DNA of 64,000 nt, taken from IMG/VR virus record IMGVR_UViG_3300045988_174937; one strand, written 5' to 3'. This document shows positions 1 to 8,965 of the stretch, piece by piece. The number at the start of each line of letters is the position of its first letter. Within the stretch, counting starts at the first letter, position 1. The stretch comes from a virus. A program made the position numbers and the translations under genes. Below the pieces are notes generated by a model, which saw only the letters and a list, made by a program, of their open reading frames with translations, did not search any database and was not told where the DNA came from.

Positions 1-1
1 T

Positions 2-253
2 AACGCTATGTTCAATTTCGGCCGCGGTTACGGTCATTTGGAAATGGCGCTGTTGGCTTGTCGTATTCCTACCGAAACCGTTACTCCCCAGAAATGGCAG
101 AAAGAATTCCAACTCGGCGTTCGTGGTAAGATGACCAAGACCGAGTGGAAGAACAAACTCAAAGCCAAGGCCCAACAGCTATTTCCGCAATTCAACGTAA
201 CTTTGGCCACTTGCGACGCGATGCTGATTGCGTTGTACGGTAGCCGTCAATAA
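2..253 (+). CDS. RuvC-type Holliday junction resolvase, C-terminal part (5' end lies upstream of the window)
   Basis: The frame is open to the window edge (first in-frame ATG at 8). GRGYG...P.KWQK and the C-terminal TCDAMLIALYG acidic motif resemble phage/lactococcal RuvC-family resolvases. Confidence 0.5.
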   Translation, partial: NAMFNFGRGYGHLEMALLACRIPTETVTPQKWQKEFQLGVRGKMTKTEWKNKLKAKAQQLFPQFNVTLATCDAMLIALYGSRQ

Positions 254-261
254 TCAGCCCT

Positions 262-591
262 ATGGAATTCGTTTGTAAGAACCCCGAGTGCCCGCGCTAC
301 GCCCAGCGCGACTACTATTCATCGGTAAGCGTGGTGATGCGCGATGGCGAGCCGTTCTGTAAGCAATCGCCGTGTCCGGCTTGCGGTAAGATACGTGAAG
401 AAATCAAAAAGGAAACGCCCGCTGACCTCAAGGGCGTCTATTTCGGCCGTTTTAGAGCGATGTCCAAGGAGCAGAAACAGGAATCCCTAAAGCGGCGCTC
501 TCACGAACACTTCAAGAAGCACATCGCTCAGGAACGCCGTGCCAAGTTAGCTGCCGTAAAGGCTGAAGGAAACGCGATGTTTAAGAAATAA
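262..591 (+). CDS. Zinc-ribbon protein, function unknown
   Basis: Two Cys pairs (CKNPEC ... CPAC) followed by a Lys/Arg-rich helical tail. Tight spacing to neighbours. Confidence 0.6.
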   Translation: MEFVCKNPECPRYAQRDYYSSVSVVMRDGEPFCKQSPCPACGKIREEIKKETPADLKGVYFGRFRAMSKEQKQESLKRRSHEHFKKHIAQERRAKLAAVKAEGNAMFKK

Positions 592-605
592 CCACGTTGC
601 GCCGT

Positions 606-1244
606 ATGCGAAAGTCTGTCGAACACCAGTTATTCAGCCAAACTTTTAAGTATCGTATTGGCTTTGTTAATCGTTGCATTGTCATAATTCGTTATTGTAA
701 CGATGAACGACGCGCAGCGGCTTATCGTAATTTGTTGTTCCGGATGATGGGAGCTATTGTAACCAAGAATGTAACAAACTATCTTAGCTTATTGCATGGT
801 TCCAATGCCCCTGATATTCCAACGCGTGACGAGGTTATTGCTGATTGTTATGCAATGTTTAACAAATGTTTAGAGAAATTTGTTATACTAAAAGGGGCCA
901 ATTTCTACTTTTATTTCAATAAATCGATGTCCCGTAACTTCTACACTCTTTACAAGAAGAGTCTGAAGGACCGTCATGGTGACATTTCTGAAGCGTTGAA
1001 CTCCACACACCCAGACCTCCGTACGAGTACTTTGGCTGACGACACCGATATAACCTTTGCGACGTATGGTTTTAACGAAGTGGAGGTCCGAATTTCACGC
1101 TCGCGGTTACATGGCCAGCGAAAATCAGAGTTCTTAGCCGATAACCCGGATATTACACCAGCGATGTACGGCCGAGCGTTGGTGCATATTAAGCAACTTT
1201 TGGCCGATATTAGAAAACAATACGGATATGGAAAGGAAGATTGA
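606..1244 (+). CDS. Sigma-70/ECF-like transcription factor (putative phage sigma factor)
   Basis: Region-2-like DEVIADCYAMFNKCLEKF...FYFYFNKSMSRNFYTLYKK and a C-terminal region-4-like HTH (ITPAMYGRALVHIKQLL). Sample lines are 30-43% GC against ~55% in the flanks. TTG at 597 is an alternative start. Confidence 0.4.
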   Translation: MRKSVEHQLFSQTFKYRIGFVNRCIVIIRYCNDERRAAAYRNLLFRMMGAIVTKNVTNYLSLLHGSNAPDIPTRDEVIADCYAMFNKCLEKFVILKGANFYFYFNKSMSRNFYTLYKKSLKDRHGDISEALNSTHPDLRTSTLADDTDITFATYGFNEVEVRISRSRLHGQRKSEFLADNPDITPAMYGRALVHIKQLLADIRKQYGYGKED

Positions 1245-1551
1245 AATTATCACTACCATTTTGGAAAGCGGTTTTGCCGTTTTGGAGGTTTGGATGTACG
1301 GTAACGACCCGTTGGTGTTCTTGGTAAACAAGTTTACGCCATCGGTGGAATCCAACGTGGCGTCCATCGACTACTGCGAGGTGACGGGTTACGACATTAC
1401 AGCGTTTATACGCTTAGAGTCGGTAGAGATGCACCGAGGAAAGGCGGCCGTGCTGTCGAAACTCGAATCCATCGTACAGAACCAAAAGGCACTGAATTTC
1501 CAGTTTCACAAAAGCGTCAAATGGATTTACTGGACATCGACTCGTGGATAG
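1228..1551 (+). CDS. Hypothetical protein
   Basis: 107-aa ORF overlapping the previous stop by 17 nt. No recognisable motif. Confidence 0.55.
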   Translation: MERKIEIITTILESGFAVLEVWMYGNDPLVFLVNKFTPSVESNVASIDYCEVTGYDITAFIRLESVEMHRGKAAVLSKLESIVQNQKALNFQFHKSVKWIYWTSTRG

Positions 1552-1583
1552 TATCGGTAACAAAATTGTAAAACAAAATCGTC

Positions 1584-3119
1584 ATGGCTTTTCAGCCGTC
1601 GCCCTATCAACAGGCAATATATAACGAGGTAGCTACTACAAACCACAATATCAACGTCAACGCCGTGGCTGGTAGTGGTAAGACTACCACCCTACTCGGC
1701 TGCTTGGAACGCATCCCGCGTGGAAAATCCATCATTTTCATGGCCTTCAATACCTCCATCGTGAAGGAATTGCAGGCCCGTAACCGCCGCCCGAATGTCG
1801 ATATAATGACGTTACATTCTTACGGGTGGCGGTTGTTGTTACGTCGGTACGGCCGCACCGCCAAGATGAACCCGAATAAGTCCATAGCCAAATTGGAGGT
1901 TGTGTTGAAGCACCACGCCCACGACGAGCAGGTACAGGAACTGTTGTTAAGGCGCAAAAAGGGATATCTGATTTACTTAATTCCGAAGATAGTAGACCTT
2001 ATGCGGACGTCGCTTTGTCGTCCTGAAATCGGCGAAATTGAGGCATTGTGTGAGTATCACGATATCGACTGTGACCTGCTGGAAAAACAACTGGCGCTGG
2101 AAACGTTTGCCGAGGGGGCCGCCGACCATTCGCAGTTTGACTTTACCGATATGTTGTACGTCCCGGTGACGGATCCCAGTATTCGCTTCCGTAAGTATGA
2201 GGTGATAATGGTGGACGAGAGCCAGGACATGAGCCTCCTGCAGCACGAGTTGATAAAACGCGCACTGGACCGCCGTTCACGATTGATAACCGTTGGCGAC
2301 CCGCGTCAGGCCATATACGGTTTCGCCGGAGCGGACGCCAACAGTTACTCCCGGTTGGCCGAATTAAACGGTGAAAGCGTGGAAATGCCGTTGTCGGTGT
2401 GCTATCGCTGTGGACGACGTATCGTCGAAGAGGCTGAAAAGATTGTTCCCTACATACGCCCCTACGAACACGCTCATGAGGGAGAGGTCAGCGTCGGTTC
2501 TTTGAACGACATCGAAGACGGCGATTGGATAATATGCCGTAACCTGCGCCCCCTGGTGGAGGTTTACCTGTGGCTGTTGAAAAACAAGATTAAATCACGT
2601 GTCCGCGGTAAGGACATCGGTCGCAGTTTGGTGGATTTGGTAGACAAGACGGGAGCCCGTACTATCGACGAGTTGGAAAAGCTACTTTGGAAAGAAGCCG
2701 ATAAACTGGCCCAGAAACTGCGTGCTAAGGGTTGGAAGAACCCCGACGCGTCGCCGAAGATGGATGAACTCTTGGAGAAAATCGAAGTGTTACGCGCGTT
2801 GGCCGTTGAAGCCGATACGGTAGTAGAACTGCGTGAAATAATCGAGGGAATTTTTACCGACGACCTGGAGGGAATCCTGTTGATGACTATACATAAGTCC
2901 AAGGGTCTTGAAAACGACAACGTGTTCTTTCTGGCCCCGGAACTTATCCCGTCGCGTTTCGCTACACAGCCGTGGCAGTTAGAGCAAGAATCAAACCTGA
3001 AATATGTGGCCATTACACGCGCCAAGAATTCACTAATATACGTTCCCTTAAATCAAGCAAAATATGACACCAGCCAACCATTCAACGGAAGATATCCAAT
3101 CCAAGGTTCACGACGATGA
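1584..3119 (+). CDS. UvrD/PcrA-type superfamily 1 DNA helicase
   Basis: Walker A AGSGKTTT, Walker B VDESQDM, motif III VGDPRQAIYGFAGAD, motif V TIHKSKGLE, motif VI YVAITRAK. Confidence 0.9.
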   Translation: MAFQPSPYQQAIYNEVATTNHNINVNAVAGSGKTTTLLGCLERIPRGKSIIFMAFNTSIVKELQARNRRPNVDIMTLHSYGWRLLLRRYGRTAKMNPNKSIAKLEVVLKHHAHDEQVQELLLRRKKGYLIYLIPKIVDLMRTSLCRPEIGEIEALCEYHDIDCDLLEKQLALETFAEGAADHSQFDFTDMLYVPVTDPSIRFRKYEVIMVDESQDMSLLQHELIKRALDRRSRLITVGDPRQAIYGFAGADANSYSRLAELNGESVEMPLSVCYRCGRRIVEEAEKIVPYIRPYEHAHEGEVSVGSLNDIEDGDWIICRNLRPLVEVYLWLLKNKIKSRVRGKDIGRSLVDLVDKTGARTIDELEKLLWKEADKLAQKLRAKGWKNPDASPKMDELLEKIEVLRALAVEADTVVELREIIEGIFTDDLEGILLMTIHKSKGLENDNVFFLAPELIPSRFATQPWQLEQESNLKYVAITRAKNSLIYVPLNQAKYDTSQPFNGRYPIQGSRR

Positions 3120-3252
3120 ACTCAATAAGGCCGAGGACCGTATTGAGGACCACGAAGAGGAAACCATCGAGCGTCATTTTCCCCGCCGTGCGCCACGCCA
3201 ACGGACACGAGTCCCATCGCCCAAAGAAATCGCCAACGTTTTTAAGAAATGA
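3064..3252 (+). CDS. Small acidic hypothetical protein
   Basis: 62-aa ORF overlapping the helicase 3' end by 56 nt. It uses the window's preferred codons (cgt, gac, gag, atc), whereas the competing frame from 3116 is rich in agg/aga/ata/tta. Confidence 0.45.
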   Translation: MTPANHSTEDIQSKVHDDELNKAEDRIEDHEEETIERHFPRRAPRQRTRVPSPKEIANVFKK

Positions 3253-3268
3253 AAACTTTTTAACAACG

Positions 3269-3664
3269 ATGAAAAATTTATACTACCTTTTGAAACGTAA
3301 CGCCGATAGCGGAAAGCCCGTTTATCACCAATGGCTGCGGTCGGGATTGATAGGCCGCGGGCGTGGCTTTTCGGAATCGTCCGACCCGGACTTCGCGTTC
3401 CGCACCGAAGACCCTATCGAAATCCTGGTACACTACGAATACCTCCGCACGGAAATCCATTCGCCCTACGAGTGGGAGTTGGTGGCCTATATGATGGACG
3501 ACGCCCAGCGTTCGTGGGCGGACCAGAGTCCTGCGGCGGAATACAGAAACGTACTACCGCCAACTGAAAGCATCGAGGCTTGGAAACGCCGTATGGCCTA
3601 CGACCCAGCCCTGATGGAGGTTTACACCGCCAAACTGGATGAACTACGCAAAAACTACGTATAA
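3269..3664 (+). CDS. Hypothetical protein
   Basis: ATG at 3269 (MKNLYYLLKR...) is chosen over the ORF-track start 3116 on codon-usage grounds. Confidence 0.6.
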   Translation: MKNLYYLLKRNADSGKPVYHQWLRSGLIGRGRGFSESSDPDFAFRTEDPIEILVHYEYLRTEIHSPYEWELVAYMMDDAQRSWADQSPAAEYRNVLPPTESIEAWKRRMAYDPALMEVYTAKLDELRKNYV

Positions 3665-4329
3665 TGAAAACTGTTGAAAACTACACGAATCGCGAGTGGT
3701 ATTACCGTGCTGGCTATAAGGTCGCGCGAATCTTCACTACGGGTTGTATGCCTGTTATGGAAGACACGACCGAGAGTTCCGAAATGATGGTCGTCGCCAG
3801 GAATTTCCCCGATTCCCCGAACTCGGTGCTGATTCCCCTGGAAAAGTTTCACGAGCGTTGTTTGTGTCCCGCGACGCTACTGCCGGGAGACCTCGTCGCC
3901 CGATTGAATCACGGCTCGATAGTGCAGATTTACAGGGTGGCTGAAGAGGAATCAGGAGCGGTTCTTTCTTCTGAGACGAAATATAATTTGGTGCCGTTGA
4001 ATTTCGGCGACCTTACACCAACGGGTGGCGAACCTGTCCCCAACGTGGATCCCGTCGTTACCAGCGAAAACGTCATCACGGTATCAGGCGAAACAAAGAC
4101 CATCATGGGTAGTTATTTCAAGTACATTACGGCTCGCCAGCTGGACACGCTCAAGTACGACGCCCTGCGTGAAAACGTTCGGCGAATTGCCGTTAAAATC
4201 AGCGGTTTCCTTAATAAGGACCGTTGGCGTGAGTACACCGCGGACCAGTTCGCTGCGCTGGAAGACATCGATGCGCTTATCAAATCGGCCACCAAAATAA
4301 TCAAAAAAGTAGATGGTGAAGAAGAGTAA
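3664..4329 (+). CDS. Hypothetical protein
   Basis: 221-aa ORF with a TAATG overlap with the previous gene. No motif recognised. Confidence 0.7.
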   Translation: MKTVENYTNREWYYRAGYKVARIFTTGCMPVMEDTTESSEMMVVARNFPDSPNSVLIPLEKFHERCLCPATLLPGDLVARLNHGSIVQIYRVAEEESGAVLSSETKYNLVPLNFGDLTPTGGEPVPNVDPVVTSENVITVSGETKTIMGSYFKYITARQLDTLKYDALRENVRRIAVKISGFLNKDRWREYTADQFAALEDIDALIKSATKIIKKVDGEEE

Positions 4330-4525
4330 GGCGCGGTTCTTCCGCGTGGGGAAGAGGTATCTGTTGCCTGTAGGTACGTCGTTTGTCGTGGTAAAGATAC
4401 GCCCCGAACAGAACACAATGAACGTTCAATTCATCGGTCCTGATTGCTCCACGTCGGGCGTCGAATCGGTTAATTTAGTAAACTACAAGAAAGCGCTCCA
4501 GCGAGGAGAAATTGAAGAAATCTAA
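4313..4525 (+). CDS. Hypothetical protein
   Basis: 70-aa ORF overlapping the previous stop by 17 nt. Confidence 0.5.
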   Translation: MVKKSKARFFRVGKRYLLPVGTSFVVVKIRPEQNTMNVQFIGPDCSTSGVESVNLVNYKKALQRGEIEEI

Positions 4526-4531
4526 CTACCT

Positions 4532-4999
4532 ATGAAATTTACACCTGAAAATATTAATGAACTGCCAGACGACGGCGTATTTGTGTTCGGCTCTAATACC
4601 GACGGCGAACACTGCGGTGGCGCGGCCTACACGGCGATGAAACGTTTTGGCGCCGTCAACGGTCAAGCCGAGGGTCCCCAGGGCCGAAGCTACGCCATCC
4701 CGACGATGGAGTACGTCGAAATCAACGCCGAAGACGAATTCCCGGAATATAATAAAGCAAAGGTTCCGTCCAAGGTGCTTTTGGAGGCGTGTGACCGCTT
4801 CATCCTCTACACCAGCCAACACCCCGAATTGCGTTTCTACGTAACGAAGATTGGTTGCGGAATTGCTGGTTGGAGCGTGGATGAAGTCGCTAAAACGTTT
4901 GCCACGGCCTTGGCGTCGTTTCTGGTTCCACTGCCTGATAATATCGTTTGGCCGCGCGAGTTCTACGAAATACTGCAGAGCCATGGCTTGGTTGGTTAG
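4532..4999 (+). CDS. Conserved phage protein with macro-domain-like glycine loops (function tentative)
   Basis: VFVFGSNTDGEHCGGAA ... GRSYAIPT ... YVTKIGCGIAGW recalls a widespread phage family with macro-like G-rich loops. The CDS is solid; the function is from motif memory only. Confidence 0.5.
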   Translation: MKFTPENINELPDDGVFVFGSNTDGEHCGGAAYTAMKRFGAVNGQAEGPQGRSYAIPTMEYVEINAEDEFPEYNKAKVPSKVLLEACDRFILYTSQHPELRFYVTKIGCGIAGWSVDEVAKTFATALASFLVPLPDNIVWPREFYEILQSHGLVG

Positions 5000-5774
5000 A
5001 CACGCCGTGGAGGGGTACATCCTCACCGACCAGCACCCGATTAGGATAAAAGACCATCGGTTGTTCTTCAGCGAAGCCAAGTCCGTCGCCATTACCCCAG
5101 AGCAGGCCGCCATATTGTTGGATGGCGCCACGCTGGAGAACGGTGAGTACGTCCAACTGCGTTCTTCGTCGATGGTAGCTATCAAGCCCGGATATTATAC
5201 CGCCGATGCCGATGGTACGTTCCACTGGTTTGAACGCCGTCCGTCGTACTACGACGGCCAATGGTACACCACTGACGGCCGTTCGGAGTTGGTCGATAAG
5301 CGCGTACTGGAAGGACGCCTACCGCGCATCCCCACCCCCGACGACCAGTATCCTACGCAGTACGGCCCCAAACAGGCCCATACAGAGTCGTTAATCGGTA
5401 CGGACGTACTACCTGCCCCGGCATCGGCAGAACTCTTGGCACGAGGCTTAAAACCGCGAAAACAACTGGGGTACGTACTGCGCCGTGGACACCATTCGGG
5501 CGTATTACTCACCACCCATCAGCCGCGGGCGTTTGAAGCCCTACGAAACCACCGCTACCAACCAGCGTTTACTTTGGAAGACGTGTTGATGGAATTACTG
5601 ACGTATGGTCGTGTGCGTCTCGAACTGTTGGACGACAACCGCGTGTTGGTAGAAATCGACCAGTCGAAGAACCTATACATCGACCGTAATATCGCCATGG
5701 CGTTATTTGGCGCCCTGCTGTACGCTAATGCGATGTTGCGTAAAGAAGCAGAAATATGGAAAGAGAAGCGATGA
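4983..5774 (+). CDS. Hypothetical protein
   Basis: ATG at 4983 is preferred over 4851, which would overlap the previous CDS by 149 nt. Confidence 0.65.
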   Translation: MAWLVRHAVEGYILTDQHPIRIKDHRLFFSEAKSVAITPEQAAILLDGATLENGEYVQLRSSSMVAIKPGYYTADADGTFHWFERRPSYYDGQWYTTDGRSELVDKRVLEGRLPRIPTPDDQYPTQYGPKQAHTESLIGTDVLPAPASAELLARGLKPRKQLGYVLRRGHHSGVLLTTHQPRAFEALRNHRYQPAFTLEDVLMELLTYGRVRLELLDDNRVLVEIDQSKNLYIDRNIAMALFGALLYANAMLRKEAEIWKEKR

Positions 5775-6313
5775 AATACTACGTCACGTCGGCCGGAACG
5801 GCGACTTACGACGCTATTTTTGCGTTGGCGTGGAAACGAATACAGGCCCTGAATGCCGCACGGGCGTTTGTCGCGGGCGTTGGTGGCGTAAGCTATCGAC
5901 CAGCCAAAATGCTCTGGGCTGGCGGTATCTCCACCGTGGAGTTTACCACCACTCCGCCGTCAGGTTGGCGACGCGACGGTTCACCGTTGGCTAATATGTA
6001 TCGCCCTGACTCTACACCCGAGGGCCGTGCGCTTTACGAACGTATTCAGCGCCTACCACGTGTTGGCCGTAACGAGGTGAACGCCTTGGTGGGTTATACG
6101 GACTATTTCGCTGGATGTCGTGTGGAGGTAGAGGCCAACGTTAAAATCGTTGGCGTTAAGTTCGGTTTCGCCGTGTCGAAGTGGATGGTGGAATCGGGAC
6201 GCGCCAAAATACCCGCCGACTGCACCGAGGTCTCCAAGGAGGCATATGCCGACCTCACAGGCCAGAATATACGGTTGGCGTACAAACGTAAAAAACAACA
6301 GCAGAAGATATGA
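5771..6313 (+). CDS. Hypothetical protein
   Basis: ATGA overlap with the previous stop at 5771-5774. ATG at 5756 is an alternative start. Confidence 0.65.
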   Translation: MKYYVTSAGTATYDAIFALAWKRIQALNAARAFVAGVGGVSYRPAKMLWAGGISTVEFTTTPPSGWRRDGSPLANMYRPDSTPEGRALYERIQRLPRVGRNEVNALVGYTDYFAGCRVEVEANVKIVGVKFGFAVSKWMVESGRAKIPADCTEVSKEAYADLTGQNIRLAYKRKKQQQKI

Positions 6314-6501
6314 GTACCGAGTTGATAGGCGTTGTAGGATTCGTCGTGTTTTTGGTGACGATAGTCCTTGTAATGATAATAGCGTTGGCGGAAGAACGTC
6401 GGAAACGTTCCGCGTCGCGTAAGCGAATCAACGCCCTACGCACCAACCGCCTGCGTTGGCTGTTGTTTAAGGAACGTGAAGAACAAAACCGCAAACGATG
6501 A
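6310..6501 (+). CDS. Small membrane protein
   Basis: Single TM helix LIGVVGFVVFLVTIVLVMIIALA followed by an Arg/Lys-rich tail. ATGA overlap. Confidence 0.6.
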   Translation: MSTELIGVVGFVVFLVTIVLVMIIALAEERRKRSASRKRINALRTNRLRWLLFKEREEQNRKR

Positions 6502-6538
6502 CTAAATTTGATTCCAACAGAAGAATTGGTTGACGATT

Positions 6539-6760
6539 ATGAGCAGTATGAATAAAAAGCGTCGCGGCCCTGCCGTATGTACTACGCCGCGTAACAACGT
6601 GCGGTTGGAACTCCACGAGTTGGAACTTTTGGTGAACACGTTGGAGGTTGAAGCAGGCATCAACCAAGCCGCGGTGGTCTATACCGATATGCAGTATACG
6701 GCCTTGGCGAATAAACTACGCTGGACGTTAGTACGCGAACGAGAACGCACCAAAAGATGA
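6539..6760 (+). CDS. Hypothetical protein
   Basis: ATG at 6539 (TTG at 6530 is possible). Basic N-terminus. Confidence 0.5.
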   Translation: MSSMNKKRRGPAVCTTPRNNVRLELHELELLVNTLEVEAGINQAAVVYTDMQYTALANKLRWTLVRERERTKR

Positions 6761-7077
6761 AATACGAAATCTATAAAACGCGTGACGGGCTCCTGATCCC
6801 TGTACTCTACCCAGAGGACGCGGGTCAGGCGTTTCGCTTAACCGTCCCCGACGCCGTAAAGGTCAGCGAGGGTACAGCGCGTAACACCATCGCCTACGGA
6901 ATAGTCCCTACGCGTATGCGCCGCCAACCGTTTCCCGTCCATAACAACATTTGGCGTGACCGCGAATTGCTTGGCGCTTTGAGCGGTGACCACAACCGCT
7001 GGGCTTTTGTGGATTATCGTAACGAGGTGGCGCCAAAATACCCATTGTCGGCGCTCCATTCTAACGAAGAGCAATAA
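6757..7077 (+). CDS. Hypothetical protein
   Basis: 106-aa ORF with an ATGA overlap. Confidence 0.65.
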   Translation: MKYEIYKTRDGLLIPVLYPEDAGQAFRLTVPDAVKVSEGTARNTIAYGIVPTRMRRQPFPVHNNIWRDRELLGALSGDHNRWAFVDYRNEVAPKYPLSALHSNEEQ

Positions 7078-7136
7078 TCTACAATGGTGTAGAATCCTCC
7101 AAACCATTTATTATTACAAAAATTAACAAGACAAAT

Positions 7137-8378
7137 ATGGCGGAAAGTCCTAACAATCTCGGTATCAACGATGAAATACCAGCCGATGTGGTTGATGCTG
7201 TTGCATGGCGAAAATACCAAGTTCTTCGCCATTCGATAATCGTACGACGTGTATCGGTTACGGCCAGCGACGGAACCAGCATTAACCTTAATTGGTTTCC
7301 TGAAAAGCTACATCGCTCGATAAAACATCTCTCTCCCGAAGAACGCGAAGAAATCGAAGCGCTGTATTCCAAGCGCAAGAAAGTGGTTATGGTCGCCAGC
7401 CGCCAAAAAGCCATCGCTCGGGGTAGTTATATCGCTGGACAAAAGCGTCGTGCTGAAGCCCGTGCCGAATTCGAAAAGCTGAACGCCAGCGACCTATCTC
7501 TGGTCGAAGATATCAAGGAACTACTCGGTAAGATGTTCACCCCCAAGGAGGTTGTACGTATTATGGCCGAAAGCCGTGAATTGGAGATTACCCAGGACTA
7601 CGTACAGGAAATCCTCAAGCGCCATATCACCGATATCGAGAAACGCCGCGAAGAGTTCCGTAACCGTGTACAGGATGTGCGTCTGTATTCGAAGCGTCCT
7701 CGGTTGGAGGAATTGGCGTGGATGTATAGCCAGATGAAACTCCGTTACAAGGCCCTGCGTGGTGTGGAAGCCTACAACGCCATGTTGCGTACTTTGGAGC
7801 AAATACGAAAGGAAGCTGAGGGTGACCAAATCTTCATTAACGGCGCTGTGGACATTAACGTCGAAGCAGAGATACGTATGCACATCCAGGAAACCATCTA
7901 CAAGAGTATTAACCTCAAAGAGATTATCCTGGGACGCGTGGCGGCACGTATGAACTGGAGTCTACCAAAACTCGTTGCTGGACTTCACAACTCGTATTAC
8001 GCCCGCTTCATGCCTACCAACGAAGAGTATGACCCCAAGGCAGAAATGGAATATCCATCATCCATGAACTACGACTTCAACCGCATACAACATGACCACG
8101 CCGTAAGCGGTATTGACGAAGTGGAGGATGTAAAGGCCGAACCCGTTACCGATAACGAACGTACTACAGCCACCGCCATCCGCGACTTGTTCTTGCAACG
8201 TATCAAGCAACAGCGTGATGCTTTGGAAGAACCACGGCGACGTGTTGAAGCAGAAACGGAATTCTGGCGCACAAAGTTTAACAAGACAGCGGGTGACGAC
8301 CACGAATTAACCAAGGAGGAGGGACGTGTACCGCAACATAAGTTTAACAAAAAGCAAAAATCTAAATTCAAGAAGTGA
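7137..8378 (+). CDS. Hypothetical charged/coiled-coil protein (possible DNA-binding)
   Basis: 413 aa with long Lys/Arg/Glu helices. FTPKEVVRIMAESRELEITQDYV looks HTH-like. No secure family. Confidence 0.65.
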   Translation: MAESPNNLGINDEIPADVVDAVAWRKYQVLRHSIIVRRVSVTASDGTSINLNWFPEKLHRSIKHLSPEEREEIEALYSKRKKVVMVASRQKAIARGSYIAGQKRRAEARAEFEKLNASDLSLVEDIKELLGKMFTPKEVVRIMAESRELEITQDYVQEILKRHITDIEKRREEFRNRVQDVRLYSKRPRLEELAWMYSQMKLRYKALRGVEAYNAMLRTLEQIRKEAEGDQIFINGAVDINVEAEIRMHIQETIYKSINLKEIILGRVAARMNWSLPKLVAGLHNSYYARFMPTNEEYDPKAEMEYPSSMNYDFNRIQHDHAVSGIDEVEDVKAEPVTDNERTTATAIRDLFLQRIKQQRDALEEPRRRVEAETEFWRTKFNKTAGDDHELTKEEGRVPQHKFNKKQKSKFKK

Positions 8379-8947
8379 TGGAAATTCAAGAATTCAAGCA
8401 GCGCTGGAACGGCCAGCCCATCGAACTCATCAGCACCGAGGAAGCGTGCGTGTTGGTAAATCTTCAGCGCGAACTGGAGGAGCGTGCGTCGTATGTCGCT
8501 CAAAAGGCCGCGGCCATCGGTTGGCAGGCCTCAAAGGTAGTACCCGTCGCCAACGGCTGGGCCGATCGTACCCGTAACCTGATGTTCGTTGGCGACGACG
8601 TGGCAGGGAAGTTCGTAACTACCCCCACCGAGGTACGTTCGTTTGGCGAATTTCGGCGCGACTTCGAAAACATGATGTACATGCTGCAGACGCGCGTTGA
8701 GGCCTCGGACTACGTGATGGGCGCCATCCGTTCGCTGGGCTTCGACGTTCGTCCCGACACCACGGTGGAGAAGATGACGGCGATGGAAATAGCCGCCGTG
8801 GCGTCGTCCCCTGAGACAGGTGTAGTTCCGGCGTTCGCCAACACGTCAGCGGCCGTGTACATCTCCCTCAGCGAAAAGGACCGTAACGTGCGATTTGTGG
8901 CCGTGGCCGGAGTCGGGTGGTACAAGGTAACGTTCGCCGATCGATAA
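8378..8947 (+). CDS. Hypothetical protein
   Basis: ATG at 8378 shares one base with the previous TGA. GTG at 8375 is an alternative start. Confidence 0.65.
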   Translation: MEIQEFKQRWNGQPIELISTEEACVLVNLQRELEERASYVAQKAAAIGWQASKVVPVANGWADRTRNLMFVGDDVAGKFVTTPTEVRSFGEFRRDFENMMYMLQTRVEASDYVMGAIRSLGFDVRPDTTVEKMTAMEIAAVASSPETGVVPAFANTSAAVYISLSEKDRNVRFVAVAGVGWYKVTFADR

Positions 8948-8965
8948 CGAAAATTCAAGACCAAA

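Noticed and set aside
3116-3268. N-terminal extension of the 3269-3664 gene starting at ATG 3116 with an ATGA overlap to the helicase
   Set aside because: The extension is rich in codons that are rare elsewhere in the window (agg, aga, ata, tta). The alternative frame (3064-3252) shows native codon usage.
7078-7093. Palindrome TCTACA-ATGG-TGTAGA immediately after the stop at 7077
   Set aside because: It has only a 6-bp stem and no U-tract. It is too short to call a terminator or operator with any confidence.
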